In this document: positions 10,034-18,956 of the stretch, one piece after another
Position numbering within the stretch: position 1 is the stretch's first letter
How the letters are laid out: the number at the start of each line of letters is the position of its first letter
Notes under the pieces: generated by a model
Databases searched by the model: none
Told to the model about the DNA's origin: nothing
The model's input: only the letters and a program-made list of their open reading frames with translations
From: an uncultured Eubacteriales bacterium
Lineage (GTDB): Bacteria > Bacillota > Clostridia > Christensenellales > Aristaeellaceae
Assembly (NCBI GenBank): GCA_902788445.1
Contig: CADAKE010000007.1
Coordinates: 1,182-65,181, forward strand
Direction of reading: 5' to 3'
Length of the DNA stretch: 64,000 bases
Position numbers and translations under genes: made by a program

Positions 10034-13000
10034 TTAATACCACAGCCACCGGTCGAACCACTTCGCGGCGTCCATCCATTCGCGCTTCACCGCCACGCCG
10101 GAGGCATAGGGGAAGAAGAAGATAAACAGCGCGGCGGCAGTCTGGAGCAGCAGGAGCAAGAGAATGAAAGCAATCCGTTCTGCTCGCTTCTGTTTCTTTT
10201 CTTCTTCGGACGCTGCCAGGCGGAGGCCGTTCGCGGCCTCGGCGGCAATTCCAGTATCCGCCAGCAGGTCAAGGCACACCACGATGGCCAGGATCAGGAA
10301 CGGAACGCAGGGAAAGTAATGGTAAATATACGTTCCGCGCGGCACCAGGATCCAGGGCAGCAGCTGGCCGAAATAGCACAGCAGGAGCAGCCCGGTCCGG
10401 GGGTCGTCCGTTTTCACGCGCAGGGACAGGGAGGTGTCTTTCCGCAGATGCCGCATGATCCAAACGGCCAGGCAAACGACAATGCACACCAGGCCGCCCC
10501 ACCAGACCACGGGATTGCCCATCGCCATGATGGAGCTTTCATAGCCCTCCGGTTCAAAGCTGTTGGCGGCGTACCACATGGGCTTGCCGATCACCGGCCA
10601 CTGATACCACGGCGAATAGAAATCATGATCCATGCCGCGGCCCGGCTCGCTGTGGTAGCCCAGCATCCCGCCCATCTGGCCGTTGGTGAAATAGGTGCCC
10701 ACGGCGGCCTCGATCACCTTCTTGGGCGTCACGCCCACGCCGTCAAAAGCGAAGTAGGGAATGTAAGAGCAGTAGTAAATCACCACGGGAACCAGGACAA
10801 AGAAGATCAGGCAGCTGGCTACCGTTATCAAAAGCTGCTTTGTTCCTTTTTCGGCGGCGGTCTTTTGGCCGTCCGTCCGCTGTTTTTCGGGCGTTTTCTT
10901 TGCCGCCGAAATCAAGCGGGCGCGCCGCCAGACGCCGATAAAGAAGATGATGGCCAGGATCACGCCCGCGTAGCAGGCCGTCCACTTGCTGGCCACGCCC
11001 AGGCCCATGCACAGGCCGGACAGGCCCAGCGGCACCAGCGTCTTCCAGAAGGGCATATGGAAAAAGTCCTGGAAGAACCAGCGGAACATGAAGTACATCA
11101 TCCAGATGATGAACAAAACCACGAAGCTGTCGATGGTGGCGATGCGGGTCTGGGTAAAGTGCATGAGGTCAAAGGCCATGAACAGCGCAGCCGCCATGCC
11201 GCCCCACCAGCGCTTTACGAACAGCTTGCCCAGCAGATACATGCCCGGCAGCATCAGCACGCCCGCCAGCGCCCCGGCGAAGCGCCAGCCAAAGGGCGTC
11301 ATGCCGAAGATGGCGATGGCCCAGCTGATAAAGACTTTGCCCAGCGGCGGATGGGTGGTTTCATAGGGCTGCAGGTGATGGAGATGCTCGTATCCCGTGC
11401 GGGCATGGTAGATTTCATCAAAATAGGTGGAGTTATACCAGCCGGGGTCGCCGCCCTCCATGCTGTCCGGCTCGTCGATCAGGTTCGCGGCCGTCTCGTT
11501 CCCATCGCTGTTGAAAGCGATTTCAACGGGGAAAAACACGTTTTTGTCGTTTATGTCCCGGAACAGCAGTTCATGCAGCGTCAGGCTGTAATTGTTCGCC
11601 GTCAGGCGGATATAGCGCCCGTTCAGCGTGACCGGGAAGGTGCCGCCCGGGATGTAGGAAACATACTGCCATTTGAAGCAGTCCCCCTGGTTCATGGAAG
11701 CGGTGTAGCTCTGCGTCCAGAACGCGCCGTCCTCGCTCACTTCCACGGTGAAATTGTAGTCGTAATGGTGAATGCCGCCGTAATAGAGCATGTTAAACTC
11801 TTTGACTTCACCTAAGTCGAAGATGATCTGCTCCTCCGGCGATTCGGACACATACGCCGTCTGCGGCGCTTTCATGGAGCCGAGGTTCGTAAAGGCCAGC
11901 ACAGCGTAGGCCACGGTGACGCAGGCCAGGATGATCCAATCCCGCAGGGTCATTTTTCGCGTCGGTTTTTCCGTAGGGAGCGGGGAAGCGGTCCTTTCTT
12001 CGGGAACAAACTCCAGGGTTCCGTTTCTGCTCAGCACGCCGCACAGGGCGAGCGACGCAAAGCAGACCAGGCAGTTCATCGCGGCGGAGGCGTACTCCAG
12101 CACGTTCATGTCGCTGTTGATGCCCGCCATGGGCGCGTCCAGATGCCCCGAAGCGCCGCCAATGCGGATGTTGCGATCCAGCGCGCAGCCCACATTCAGG
12201 AACCCGGCCACCGTCACGCCGACCGCCAGCCACAGGATGCGCGCGTCGCGGTTCAGCAGGTATCCCAGCAGCAGCAGCGCGGCAGCGGGGAACAGATACC
12301 GCTCGTGCATCATGGAGCCCGTGTTGAAAAGCAACAGCAGCATGGCCGCGCCGAACACCGGCAGGTGTTTGATGTCCTTCGCAAAAACGTACAGCGCTGC
12401 CATCACAGCCACGGAATACACGATCATCGCCGTGCCCAGCGTGGCATAGCTCAATTGCCCGCTCTGGGACAGGATCACCAAAGCGACGCCCAGCGCCGCG
12501 GCCAGCCCGCCTAAGGTATAGAGCCTGATTTGATCTTTTTTCTCTCCCAGCTTTCCGCGAAACAGCGGCGCGTGGGGAATCGCGGCGGCAAGCAGCGGCA
12601 GCACGGCCAGGCAGTAAGTCAGGAAGGGCAGCAGGAATTCCCCGCTGAGGCTGCTTTCAGCGGCCGCCCAATTCTTTCCAAACAGGAAATACAGGTTGCA
12701 GGCGTTCACCGTGGCGTAGGCGTAGCGGCCCATGGTTTTGCTGTACAGGGTGATGAGCCAGTCAGCGGGCAGGTGGATAGAGAAGGGAACCACGATCAAA
12801 AGCGCGGCCCCGGCCATCACCAACAGCCCCTTGCCAATGTCCAGCAGGAGTGTTTTCCGCGCGTCGGCGTCCTTCCAATTTTGGATGCATTGCAGCACCA
12901 GCGCCAGCAATCCCAGCGGGCCGAACATCAGCGCCTGGGGCTTCATGAGCACGGACACGATATAGAAGGGCAGCACGAAAATCCATTTCCCCTTGACCGC

Positions 13001-14209
13001 GTACAGCACTGCCAAAACGAGGAACAGCGTCATCAAAGAATCCGCCTGGCCCCAGGCCGCGCCGGTCAGGATAACGAGGGGATTCACCGCGTACAGCGCA
13101 AGGATCGCCAGCGTCGCTGGGCCGGAGAGCTTTTGCCGCTTTGCTTCCTGATATAGAACAGCGCACAGCGCAATGTCCGCCAGGATGGGCGGCACCTTCA
13201 CCATGAACTCCGTCGCGCCGGTGCCCGTCAGCTTGCCGATCCAGCCGACGACCCACAGGATGAGCATGTATCCCGGCGGGTAGTCGCAATAGCTGAACGG
13301 ATCAACGGGGTCATAGAACCCCGCCGGGCCCGTTTCCGCCATGCGGTTCGCCCAGGCGCGGAAGCAGCCGATATCCACATCGTAGCCGGACACCCGCCCG
13401 GCGATCACCAGCCGCAGCGCGCAGGCCATTAGCAGAATGATGGCCGCAAACCACGCGCTTTCAGAAAGCGGCTTCTTTTTCAGTTCCCGCGCGGGACGGC
13501 GCAGGAAATGGCAGAGCAGGGCAAAGCAAACCACATACGCCAGGCTGACGCCCACCAGCAGCAGCCCGGCATTGGTTTGATTGCCATAGGTGGAATTCAG
13601 CGGAGCGTAATACGTCTCCCGGAACCAGGACTGGGCGGTGTATCCCTCGGGCATGCCTTCTACTTTCGTCAAGGAAATATTCCGGTAATACGCTTCGCCG
13701 ATGGCCTCGCCGCTGTATCCGCCCAGGCGGACGAACACGTTCACGCTGTGCTGTTCTTTTCCCGTGCGGCCATAGAGGTACACCGTCCGCCATTCCCCAT
13801 CGGTCTGGTACACGTTGTCAGAATACAGGTACACGTCCTCAACGGACAGATTCGCGCCCCAGCCGCTTTCCGCGTCGGCCTTGATTTCGCCGCTCAGGCA
13901 GTACAGGGTATCCGGCTCCACCTCCACCGTCTGGGCGAAACGCGCGTCCTTGAGGATGTGGTTCACGATATGGGCAACGGGGCCGTCCTCCGTTTCCACC
14001 ACCTCAAAGTCCGATCCTGTCAGCCCGGCATAGGCGTCCTTGTACCAGCCGACGGGGCTGCCGTCCTTCGTATCGGAAAAATCGCTGTTGACCAGCAGGT
14101 TTTCCCCGGCGGCCGCCTGCTTCTGCGCCGGGCGGAAAACAAAAAAGCAAACCGCGATGACCACCAATACAGCCGCGGCGATGCCGCCGTACCGCTTTAG
14201 ATTCTTCAT
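10034..14209 (-). CDS. 1391-aa polytopic membrane protein with two GT-C glycosyltransferase modules plus CBM-like and discoidin-like extracytoplasmic domains
   Basis: N-terminal anchor followed by a beta-rich CBM-like domain. First TM module has the FRAWANRM...CDYPPGY motif. F5/8-type-C-like segment (NFTVEVSEDGAFWTQ...GRYIRL). Second module has the PMT/GT39 signature YFDEIYHARTGYEH..THPPLGK and a C-terminal 4TM region. Start set at ATG 14209 (AGGAG RBS). Confidence 0.8.
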   Translation of the reverse strand: MKNLKRYGGIAAAVLVVIAVCFFVFRPAQKQAAAGENLLVNSDFSDTKDGSPVGWYKDAYAGLTGSDFEVVETEDGPVAHIVNHILKDARFAQTVEVEPDTLYCLSGEIKADAESGWGANLSVEDVYLYSDNVYQTDGEWRTVYLYGRTGKEQHSVNVFVRLGGYSGEAIGEAYYRNISLTKVEGMPEGYTAQSWFRETYYAPLNSTYGNQTNAGLLLVGVSLAYVVCFALLCHFLRRPARELKKKPLSESAWFAAIILLMACALRLVIAGRVSGYDVDIGCFRAWANRMAETGPAGFYDPVDPFSYCDYPPGYMLILWVVGWIGKLTGTGATEFMVKVPPILADIALCAVLYQEAKRQKLSGPATLAILALYAVNPLVILTGAAWGQADSLMTLFLVLAVLYAVKGKWIFVLPFYIVSVLMKPQALMFGPLGLLALVLQCIQNWKDADARKTLLLDIGKGLLVMAGAALLIVVPFSIHLPADWLITLYSKTMGRYAYATVNACNLYFLFGKNWAAAESSLSGEFLLPFLTYCLAVLPLLAAAIPHAPLFRGKLGEKKDQIRLYTLGGLAAALGVALVILSQSGQLSYATLGTAMIVYSVAVMAALYVFAKDIKHLPVFGAAMLLLLFNTGSMMHERYLFPAAALLLLGYLLNRDARILWLAVGVTVAGFLNVGCALDRNIRIGGASGHLDAPMAGINSDMNVLEYASAAMNCLVCFASLALCGVLSRNGTLEFVPEERTASPLPTEKPTRKMTLRDWIILACVTVAYAVLAFTNLGSMKAPQTAYVSESPEEQIIFDLGEVKEFNMLYYGGIHHYDYNFTVEVSEDGAFWTQSYTASMNQGDCFKWQYVSYIPGGTFPVTLNGRYIRLTANNYSLTLHELLFRDINDKNVFFPVEIAFNSDGNETAANLIDEPDSMEGGDPGWYNSTYFDEIYHARTGYEHLHHLQPYETTHPPLGKVFISWAIAIFGMTPFGWRFAGALAGVLMLPGMYLLGKLFVKRWWGGMAAALFMAFDLMHFTQTRIATIDSFVVLFIIWMMYFMFRWFFQDFFHMPFWKTLVPLGLSGLCMGLGVASKWTACYAGVILAIIFFIGVWRRARLISAAKKTPEKQRTDGQKTAAEKGTKQLLITVASCLIFFVLVPVVIYYCSYIPYFAFDGVGVTPKKVIEAAVGTYFTNGQMGGMLGYHSEPGRGMDHDFYSPWYQWPVIGKPMWYAANSFEPEGYESSIMAMGNPVVWWGGLVCIVVCLAVWIMRHLRKDTSLSLRVKTDDPRTGLLLLCYFGQLLPWILVPRGTYIYHYFPCVPFLILAIVVCLDLLADTGIAAEAANGLRLAASEEEKKQKRAERIAFILLLLLLQTAAALFIFFFPYASGVAVKREWMDAAKWFDRWLWY

Positions 14210-14244
14210 AAAAACTCCTAACAATCAATATTGTCAAGGCGAAA

Positions 14245-14653
14245 AAACGACGAGGCAGGGGCCTGTTCGGCCCCCGTACCCCTGAACCAGGAGGTTTCAC
14301 CTCCTGGACCTCTTGCCCCGGAAGATGCTTGTGCGGTGAAATGAAGTTGGTTCCCGGTGATGCGGGGAAGGACGCGGAAGTTTGACTTGACGCCGTTGTG
14401 CTTCTGGCCCGGCGTCCTTTGGACGCCAACCGGATGCGAAGCATCCGGGAAAGCCGGGGAATAATCCGCAGGGGAAAGCGAGCTTTCCCCCTCGGATTTT
14501 CCCGGGCTTTCTTGGGCCAGAAGCCTTCAAACTTCCCGTAACCCCAGCGCGGCAGGCGGAACTTGCTTTCTATCCCAAACGGACTCAATCGCCTGCTGGG
14601 ATGCAAGGGATGAAATCCCTTGCCGCAGGTCTGGGGGCGCGTAGCCCCCAGCG
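14245..14653. ncRNA. Structured element copy A (candidate large ncRNA, unclassified; orientation unresolved)
   Basis: Sits in a 479-bp gene-free gap. A nested multi-stem core (14402-14522) is closed by TTCTGGCCC/GGGCCAGAA. It is roughly nine-tenths identical to 52482-52602, with paired indels in stems. ORFs across it are not conserved in frame. Confidence 0.5.
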
Positions 14654-14703
14654 TTCCTCTTGCTGCATTTTCTGGATGTTTGTATCTTTGGGGAGCATGA
14701 CGA

Positions 14704-15039
14704 TTAAAAAGCGTTTTTTACATGGCGCAGGCCGTCTGCGCTGATTTCGACGACGTCGAACCGCACCTGCTCCCAGGGATGGGACTGCAAATAATACAGC
14801 GCGGCGTAGCGCAGATGCCCGCGCTTTTTCGCGTTCACTGCCATCAGCCCTTCCCCCGCTTTGCCATTGGGCCGGGCCTTTACTTCCACAAAGACAAGGG
14901 TATCCTTTTCCTGGGCGATCAAATCAATTTCGCCGTGCGGCGTTCGGAAGCGGGTGTGCAGGATGCGCATCCCCTGCTTTTTCAGGTACGCCGCCGCCTG
15001 CTTTTCGCCCAGCAGGCCGGTCAGGAAAACGCTGCTCAT
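14704..15039 (-). CDS. yraN: YraN-family (UPF0102) endonuclease
   Basis: [21 protein letters not shown] motif; 111 aa; overlaps the rnhB stop. Confidence 0.85.
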   Translation of the reverse strand: MSSVFLTGLLGEKQAAAYLKKQGMRILHTRFRTPHGEIDLIAQEKDTLVFVEVKARPNGKAGEGLMAVNAKKRGHLRYAALYYLQSHPWEQVRFDVVEISADGLRHVKNAF

Positions 15040-15606
15040 ACGCTGACGAAATGCCCGATGAAGGAGCGCCTGTGCTCCGGGCAGGGGCCGAGGTCTTTCA
15101 GCGCGGCAATGTGCTGGGCGGTGCCGTAGCCCTTGTGCTTCGCAAAGCCATAGCCGGGATACAGCCTGTCCAGTTCCTCCATCTGCCGGTCACGGGTCAC
15201 CTTGGCGATGATGCTCGCCGCGGCGATGCTGTAACACAGCGCGTCGCCATGAATGATGCCCCGTTCTTCCCCGGGCAATCCCAGCCCTTGCAGCGCGTCC
15301 GTTCAGGATGTTGTATTCGTCAATCTCCGCCGCGCTGGCCTGGCCGACGCCCACGAACAGGGCGGTTTCCATGATTTGTTCATACAACTTTTCCCGCCGG
15401 GATTCGGACAGCTTCTTGCTGTCGTCCACCCACAGGAGCAGCGGCTCCTTCGGCATCACCACGCAGGCGGCCACCACATTGCCCACCAGCGGCCCGCGCC
15501 CGGCCTCGTCCATGCCCGCGAAGCGAACGCCCGCCGCCCACAGGGGCTGGTCAGTCCGAATCAGGGTGTCCAGCCGCTCCCGGCGTTTCTCTTCCTGCTT
15601 GCTCAT
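15036..15606 (-). pseudogene. rnhB: ribonuclease HII, disrupted by an internal out-of-frame deletion
   Basis: The N-part (GMDEAGRGPLVGNVVAA ... [11 protein letters not shown]) and C-part ([37 protein letters not shown] ... HRRSF) are in different frames, joining near 15285-15295. About 25 residues expected between NIL and the GD motif are missing. Confidence 0.6.
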
Positions 15607-16465
15607 CTTCGGTTTCTTCCTCTTCCTGACGCGGCGCTTCCAGGGTGATGCGGCCCAGCTTGCCGCCCCGGAATTCATCCAGGATCACCTGGCAGGCCCG
15701 TTCAGTGTCGTATACGCCGCCCTTCATCAGGAAGCCGCGCCCCGCGCACACCGCGTCCAAAAGCGCCGGTCCACGGAGGGAAATGTCTTTGATCTTGAAC
15801 CGTTCCCGCACCTTGTCCGGGGCCATCTCCAGCAGGTCGGTCAGCAGCTGGATGGACAGGGCGGCGGTGTCCACCACCTCGTCCCGGATGGCGGCGATAT
15901 AAGCCAGCCGCCGCGCGGCCACTGGGTCGTCCAGCCGGGGCCAGAGCAGGCCCGGCGTGTCCATGATTTCCAGGTAAGGCGTCACGCGCACCCACTGGTT
16001 GGCGCGGGTCACGCCCGGCTTATCCCCCACCTTGGCGATGCTGCCGCCGTGCAGGCGGTTGATGAGCGTGGATTTGCCCACGTTCGGCACGCCCACGATC
16101 ATGGCGCGAACCGTTTTTTTGATGCCGCGCTGGGCCGCGCGTTCCACCGTTTCCTTCGCCGCGCGGTCGATCAGGGTCAGGGCGTTCTTTGCCTGTTTAT
16201 TCATATCCAGCGCCACGCAGTTGTCGATGCCCCGGCGCTTGAATTCCTTCAGCCATTGAGCGGTCAGGTTCGGGTCGGCCAGGTCGCTTTTCCCCAGCAG
16301 GAGCACCCGCTCCTTCCGCGCGGTCAGGCGCATCAGATCCGGGTTCCGGCTGGAAAAGGGCAGCCGCGCGTCGCAAAGCTCAATCACCACATCCACCCGG
16401 GAAAGCTGATCCGACAGGAGCCGTTTGGCCCGCGCCATGTGCCCCGGATACCAGTTGATTTCCAT
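15551..16465 (-). CDS. rbgA: ribosome biogenesis GTPase A (YlqF)
   Basis: INWYPGHMARAKR, circularly permuted GTPase motifs (LLGKSDL, VGVPNVGKST), 304 aa. Confidence 0.9.
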   Translation of the reverse strand: MEINWYPGHMARAKRLLSDQLSRVDVVIELCDARLPFSSRNPDLMRLTARKERVLLLGKSDLADPNLTAQWLKEFKRRGIDNCVALDMNKQAKNALTLIDRAAKETVERAAQRGIKKTVRAMIVGVPNVGKSTLINRLHGGSIAKVGDKPGVTRANQWVRVTPYLEIMDTPGLLWPRLDDPVAARRLAYIAAIRDEVVDTAALSIQLLTDLLEMAPDKVRERFKIKDISLRGPALLDAVCAGRGFLMKGGVYDTERACQVILDEFRGGKLGRITLEAPRQEEEETEDEQAGRETPGAAGHPDSD

Positions 16466-16659
16466 AAAAAAGAACCTTCCAATATTTGTAAGTTAAACGC
16501 TCAATCGCGTTCTGCTTATAATAAATAGCACTTTTTATAAAAAAACGCAAGAGCCAATTTCACGGTTTTACATTTTTGCCGCATTTGGATGGAAGCATAG
16601 CCGCTTTGCAAAAGGCGCATACTAAGCCCAACCAAACGAGGCAAAAGGAGCGATGAACG

Positions 16660-18921
16660 TTGGCCATGCAGGCAATCATTATGGCGGGCGGCGAAGGGGT
16701 GCGGCTGCGTCCGCTGACGGCGCACACGCCCAAACCTCTCTGTCCGCTGCTGGGCGAACCGGTGATGGGGTACGCGCTCAAGCTGCTCAGGCGGCACGGC
16801 GTCTCCGACGTCGGCGTGACGCTGTGGTACCAGCCGCAGAAAATCAGGCGGTACTTCCATAAGGGCGAACGCTACGGCGTGAAGCTGAAATATTACGAGG
16901 AAAAGGAACCGGTTGGCACGGCGGGCAGCGTGAAGATGGCGCAAAAGCAATTGACAGACACCTTTTTCGTGCTCTCCGGCGACGGGCTGACGGACTGCGA
17001 TTTGACGGACGCCCTTCGTTTCCATAAAGAAAAAAACGCCCTGGCGACATTGGTGCTCAAGCGCGTGCCTGTGCCCCTCACCTATGGCGTGGTGCTCACG
17101 AACAGCGACAGCCGCGTCACCCGCTTCATCGAAAAGCCCGACTGGAAACGGGTGTTCAGCGACCTGGTGAACACCGGCGTGTATATCCTGGAGCCGGAAA
17201 TCTTTGACTATATCCCCGATCACGGGATGCCGGATTTCGGGAAGGACATTTTTCCCGCGCTGCTCTCCGGCGGCCTGCCGGTGTACGGCTATGAAACGGA
17301 CGGCTACTGGTGCGACGTGGGCGACCAGCGGGCGTACTTGCAGGCTCAGATGGATTTGCTGGCGGGGAAGGTCAGTCTCCCCCACGTTTCCGGCGTCCAT
17401 GAAACCGCCCGGACGGACGCGGCGGCGAGAATCGAGGGAACCTGTTATATTGGAGAGGAGGCCATCCTTTCGCCCGGCGCGGTCATCCGGGACGCCGTCA
17501 TCGGCAGCAGGGCGTATATCGGCCCCGGCGCGGTGGTGGAAAACAGCTGTTTGTGGCAGGATACGACGGTGCAGGAAAAGGCGCGGGTCTGCGGCAGCGT
17601 GCTCTGCGACGGCGCTGCGGTACGCCTTGGCGCGGAGCTGTCCGACGGCTGCGCCCTGGGCCAGCGGGCGGCGGTCGGAGCTTACGCGCTGCTCAAGCCC
17701 GGCGTGAAGGTAGGCCCGCATTTCCGGGTCGCGCCCGGCGCGGTGGTATCGCAGAACGTAGTGAACGGGGACTTGAACGCCCCGCAGTGGACGCCCTCCG
17801 GCGCGGCATCGGACACGGCGGAAAGCGCGTGTTCGCTGTGCGGGGCGTATGCCAAGGTGACGGGCGCGCGCCGTGTCGCGGTGGGCGGCAGCGGCGCGGC
17901 GGCGCTTGAAACATTGGCGGCGGGTGCCCTCAGCGCGGCGGGCGTCCAGGCGTATTGCATAGGCGAAACGACGGAGCCCATGCTGAGCGCGCTGGTTCGC
18001 GCCCTGCGGCTGGATGGCGGCGTGTTCGCCAGCGGGCAGACATTATTGTTCCTGGATAAGACCGGCGTGGCGCTGTCCGCGAAGCAGAGCGCCGCGATGG
18101 ACGCCTGCGTGCTGCGCCAGGACATGCCGCCCGCGTTCGCGCATCCGGCGTCCGTCAAACGCTTCCATGGCGCGGAGGAAGTCTACCTGGCCTCCCTCCT
18201 GCCGCCCGACACGTCGCGGCCTTTGTTTTCCCCGCTGGCGGTATTCAGCGATTCCCCGCTTCTGCTGAAGCTGGCCGAAGCGGGCCTTCGCCGCATGAAC
18301 GCCCGGGACGTTCGCTTCGCGCCGGTGAGCGAGGCGGAACTGCGTCCCGTGGAAACAGGGTTCCTTTTGTCCCCCGATGGGAAAGACGCGACGGTGTTCA
18401 CCGCTTCCCATACGCTGACCCAGGAGCAGAAAACCCTTTTGCTCCTCGCGCTCCTGTATCAAAAAAACGGCAGACTCTACGATCTGCCGAATGTACCGCG
18501 GGCGGCGGAAAACATCGCGCCGCTGCTTTTGCCGGATCATGGAACGGACTGCGCTTTCCAGCGCGCCGCACTGTCCGACGGCCTTGCCGGCCTGTTCCTG
18601 ATCGCCGACACGCTGCGGAACGGCCCGTTGGAAACCCTGCTGCAAGGACTGCCGGAAACGCACATCCTGGCCCGGGACATTGCCTGCGGCGTGCGGGACA
18701 AAGGCCGCATCCTGAACAAGCTTTGCAGCCAGACCACCCTGCCCCGCACCTTGGGCGAGGGCGTGCGCATCCAGCACGAGAAGGGGTACGCTACCATCGT
18801 GCCCGACGCCCACCGGAACCTGGTTCGCGTCACCAGCGAGGCGGTGAACAGTGAATTTGCCCAGGAACTGTGCGATTTCTATGCTGAGGAGATTCAGAAA
18901 ATCACGAATCAGGGGAAGTGA
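16660..18921 (+). CDS. NDP-sugar pyrophosphorylase (mannose-1-P guanylyltransferase-like) with left-handed beta-helix and a degenerate PGM/PMM-like C-terminal half
   Basis: IIMAGGEGVRLRPLTAHTPKPLCPL nucleotidyltransferase motif and hexapeptide-repeat region. The C-terminal alpha/beta region lacks an obvious TASHNP phosphoserine loop. TTG start 9 nt after AAGGAG. Confidence 0.75.
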   Translation: MAMQAIIMAGGEGVRLRPLTAHTPKPLCPLLGEPVMGYALKLLRRHGVSDVGVTLWYQPQKIRRYFHKGERYGVKLKYYEEKEPVGTAGSVKMAQKQLTDTFFVLSGDGLTDCDLTDALRFHKEKNALATLVLKRVPVPLTYGVVLTNSDSRVTRFIEKPDWKRVFSDLVNTGVYILEPEIFDYIPDHGMPDFGKDIFPALLSGGLPVYGYETDGYWCDVGDQRAYLQAQMDLLAGKVSLPHVSGVHETARTDAAARIEGTCYIGEEAILSPGAVIRDAVIGSRAYIGPGAVVENSCLWQDTTVQEKARVCGSVLCDGAAVRLGAELSDGCALGQRAAVGAYALLKPGVKVGPHFRVAPGAVVSQNVVNGDLNAPQWTPSGAASDTAESACSLCGAYAKVTGARRVAVGGSGAAALETLAAGALSAAGVQAYCIGETTEPMLSALVRALRLDGGVFASGQTLLFLDKTGVALSAKQSAAMDACVLRQDMPPAFAHPASVKRFHGAEEVYLASLLPPDTSRPLFSPLAVFSDSPLLLKLAEAGLRRMNARDVRFAPVSEAELRPVETGFLLSPDGKDATVFTASHTLTQEQKTLLLLALLYQKNGRLYDLPNVPRAAENIAPLLLPDHGTDCAFQRAALSDGLAGLFLIADTLRNGPLETLLQGLPETHILARDIACGVRDKGRILNKLCSQTTLPRTLGEGVRIQHEKGYATIVPDAHRNLVRVTSEAVNSEFAQELCDFYAEEIQKITNQGK

Positions 18922-18956
18922 TCTGATTTGTTTGATAAAGGGAAATTTAAGTCGTT

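Noticed and set aside
9557-11815. 752-aa plus-strand ORF, together with other plus-strand ORFs, overlapping the giant glycosyltransferase gene
   Set aside because: It is antisense to a gene with clear family motifs. The translation is Arg/Gly/His/Ala/Gln-rich with no motifs, as expected for stop-poor antisense frames in 60% GC DNA.
14297-14530. 77-aa minus-strand ORF in element A, with a similar 63-aa ORF at 52422-52613 in element B
   Set aside because: The resemblance is due to nucleotide identity. Single-nucleotide indels between the copies shift the frame (…GKLAFPCGLFPGFPG versus …ESELSLRIIPWLSP), while base-pairing is preserved. This points to structured RNA or DNA, not protein.
14245-14653. 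Whether elements A/B are RNase P RNA, tmRNA, 6S, SRP RNA, a T-box, a common riboswitch or a group II intron domain
   Set aside because: GGGAAAGCCGGGG superficially recalls the RNase P GGAAAGTCCGGGC. The rest of the P4/P10-12 consensus is absent, as are tmRNA ends, the T-box GGGTGGTACCGCG, the B12 GCCACTG box and a D5 AGC hairpin. The element is also present twice. It is left as unclassified.
15551-15678. Long overlap between the rbgA 3' end and the ORF-track rnhB start (15678)
   Set aside because: The rnhB N-terminal extension (MNSGAASWAASPWKRRVRKRKKPK) looks non-coding. The ATG at 15606 (MSKQEEKRR...) is the more plausible start. A 56-nt overlap with the acidic rbgA tail remains and is tolerable.
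16516-17721. 401-aa minus-strand ORF
   Set aside because: It is antisense to the nucleotidyltransferase gene (clear GxGxRL motif on the plus strand). Composition is biased and there is no RBS or family signature.
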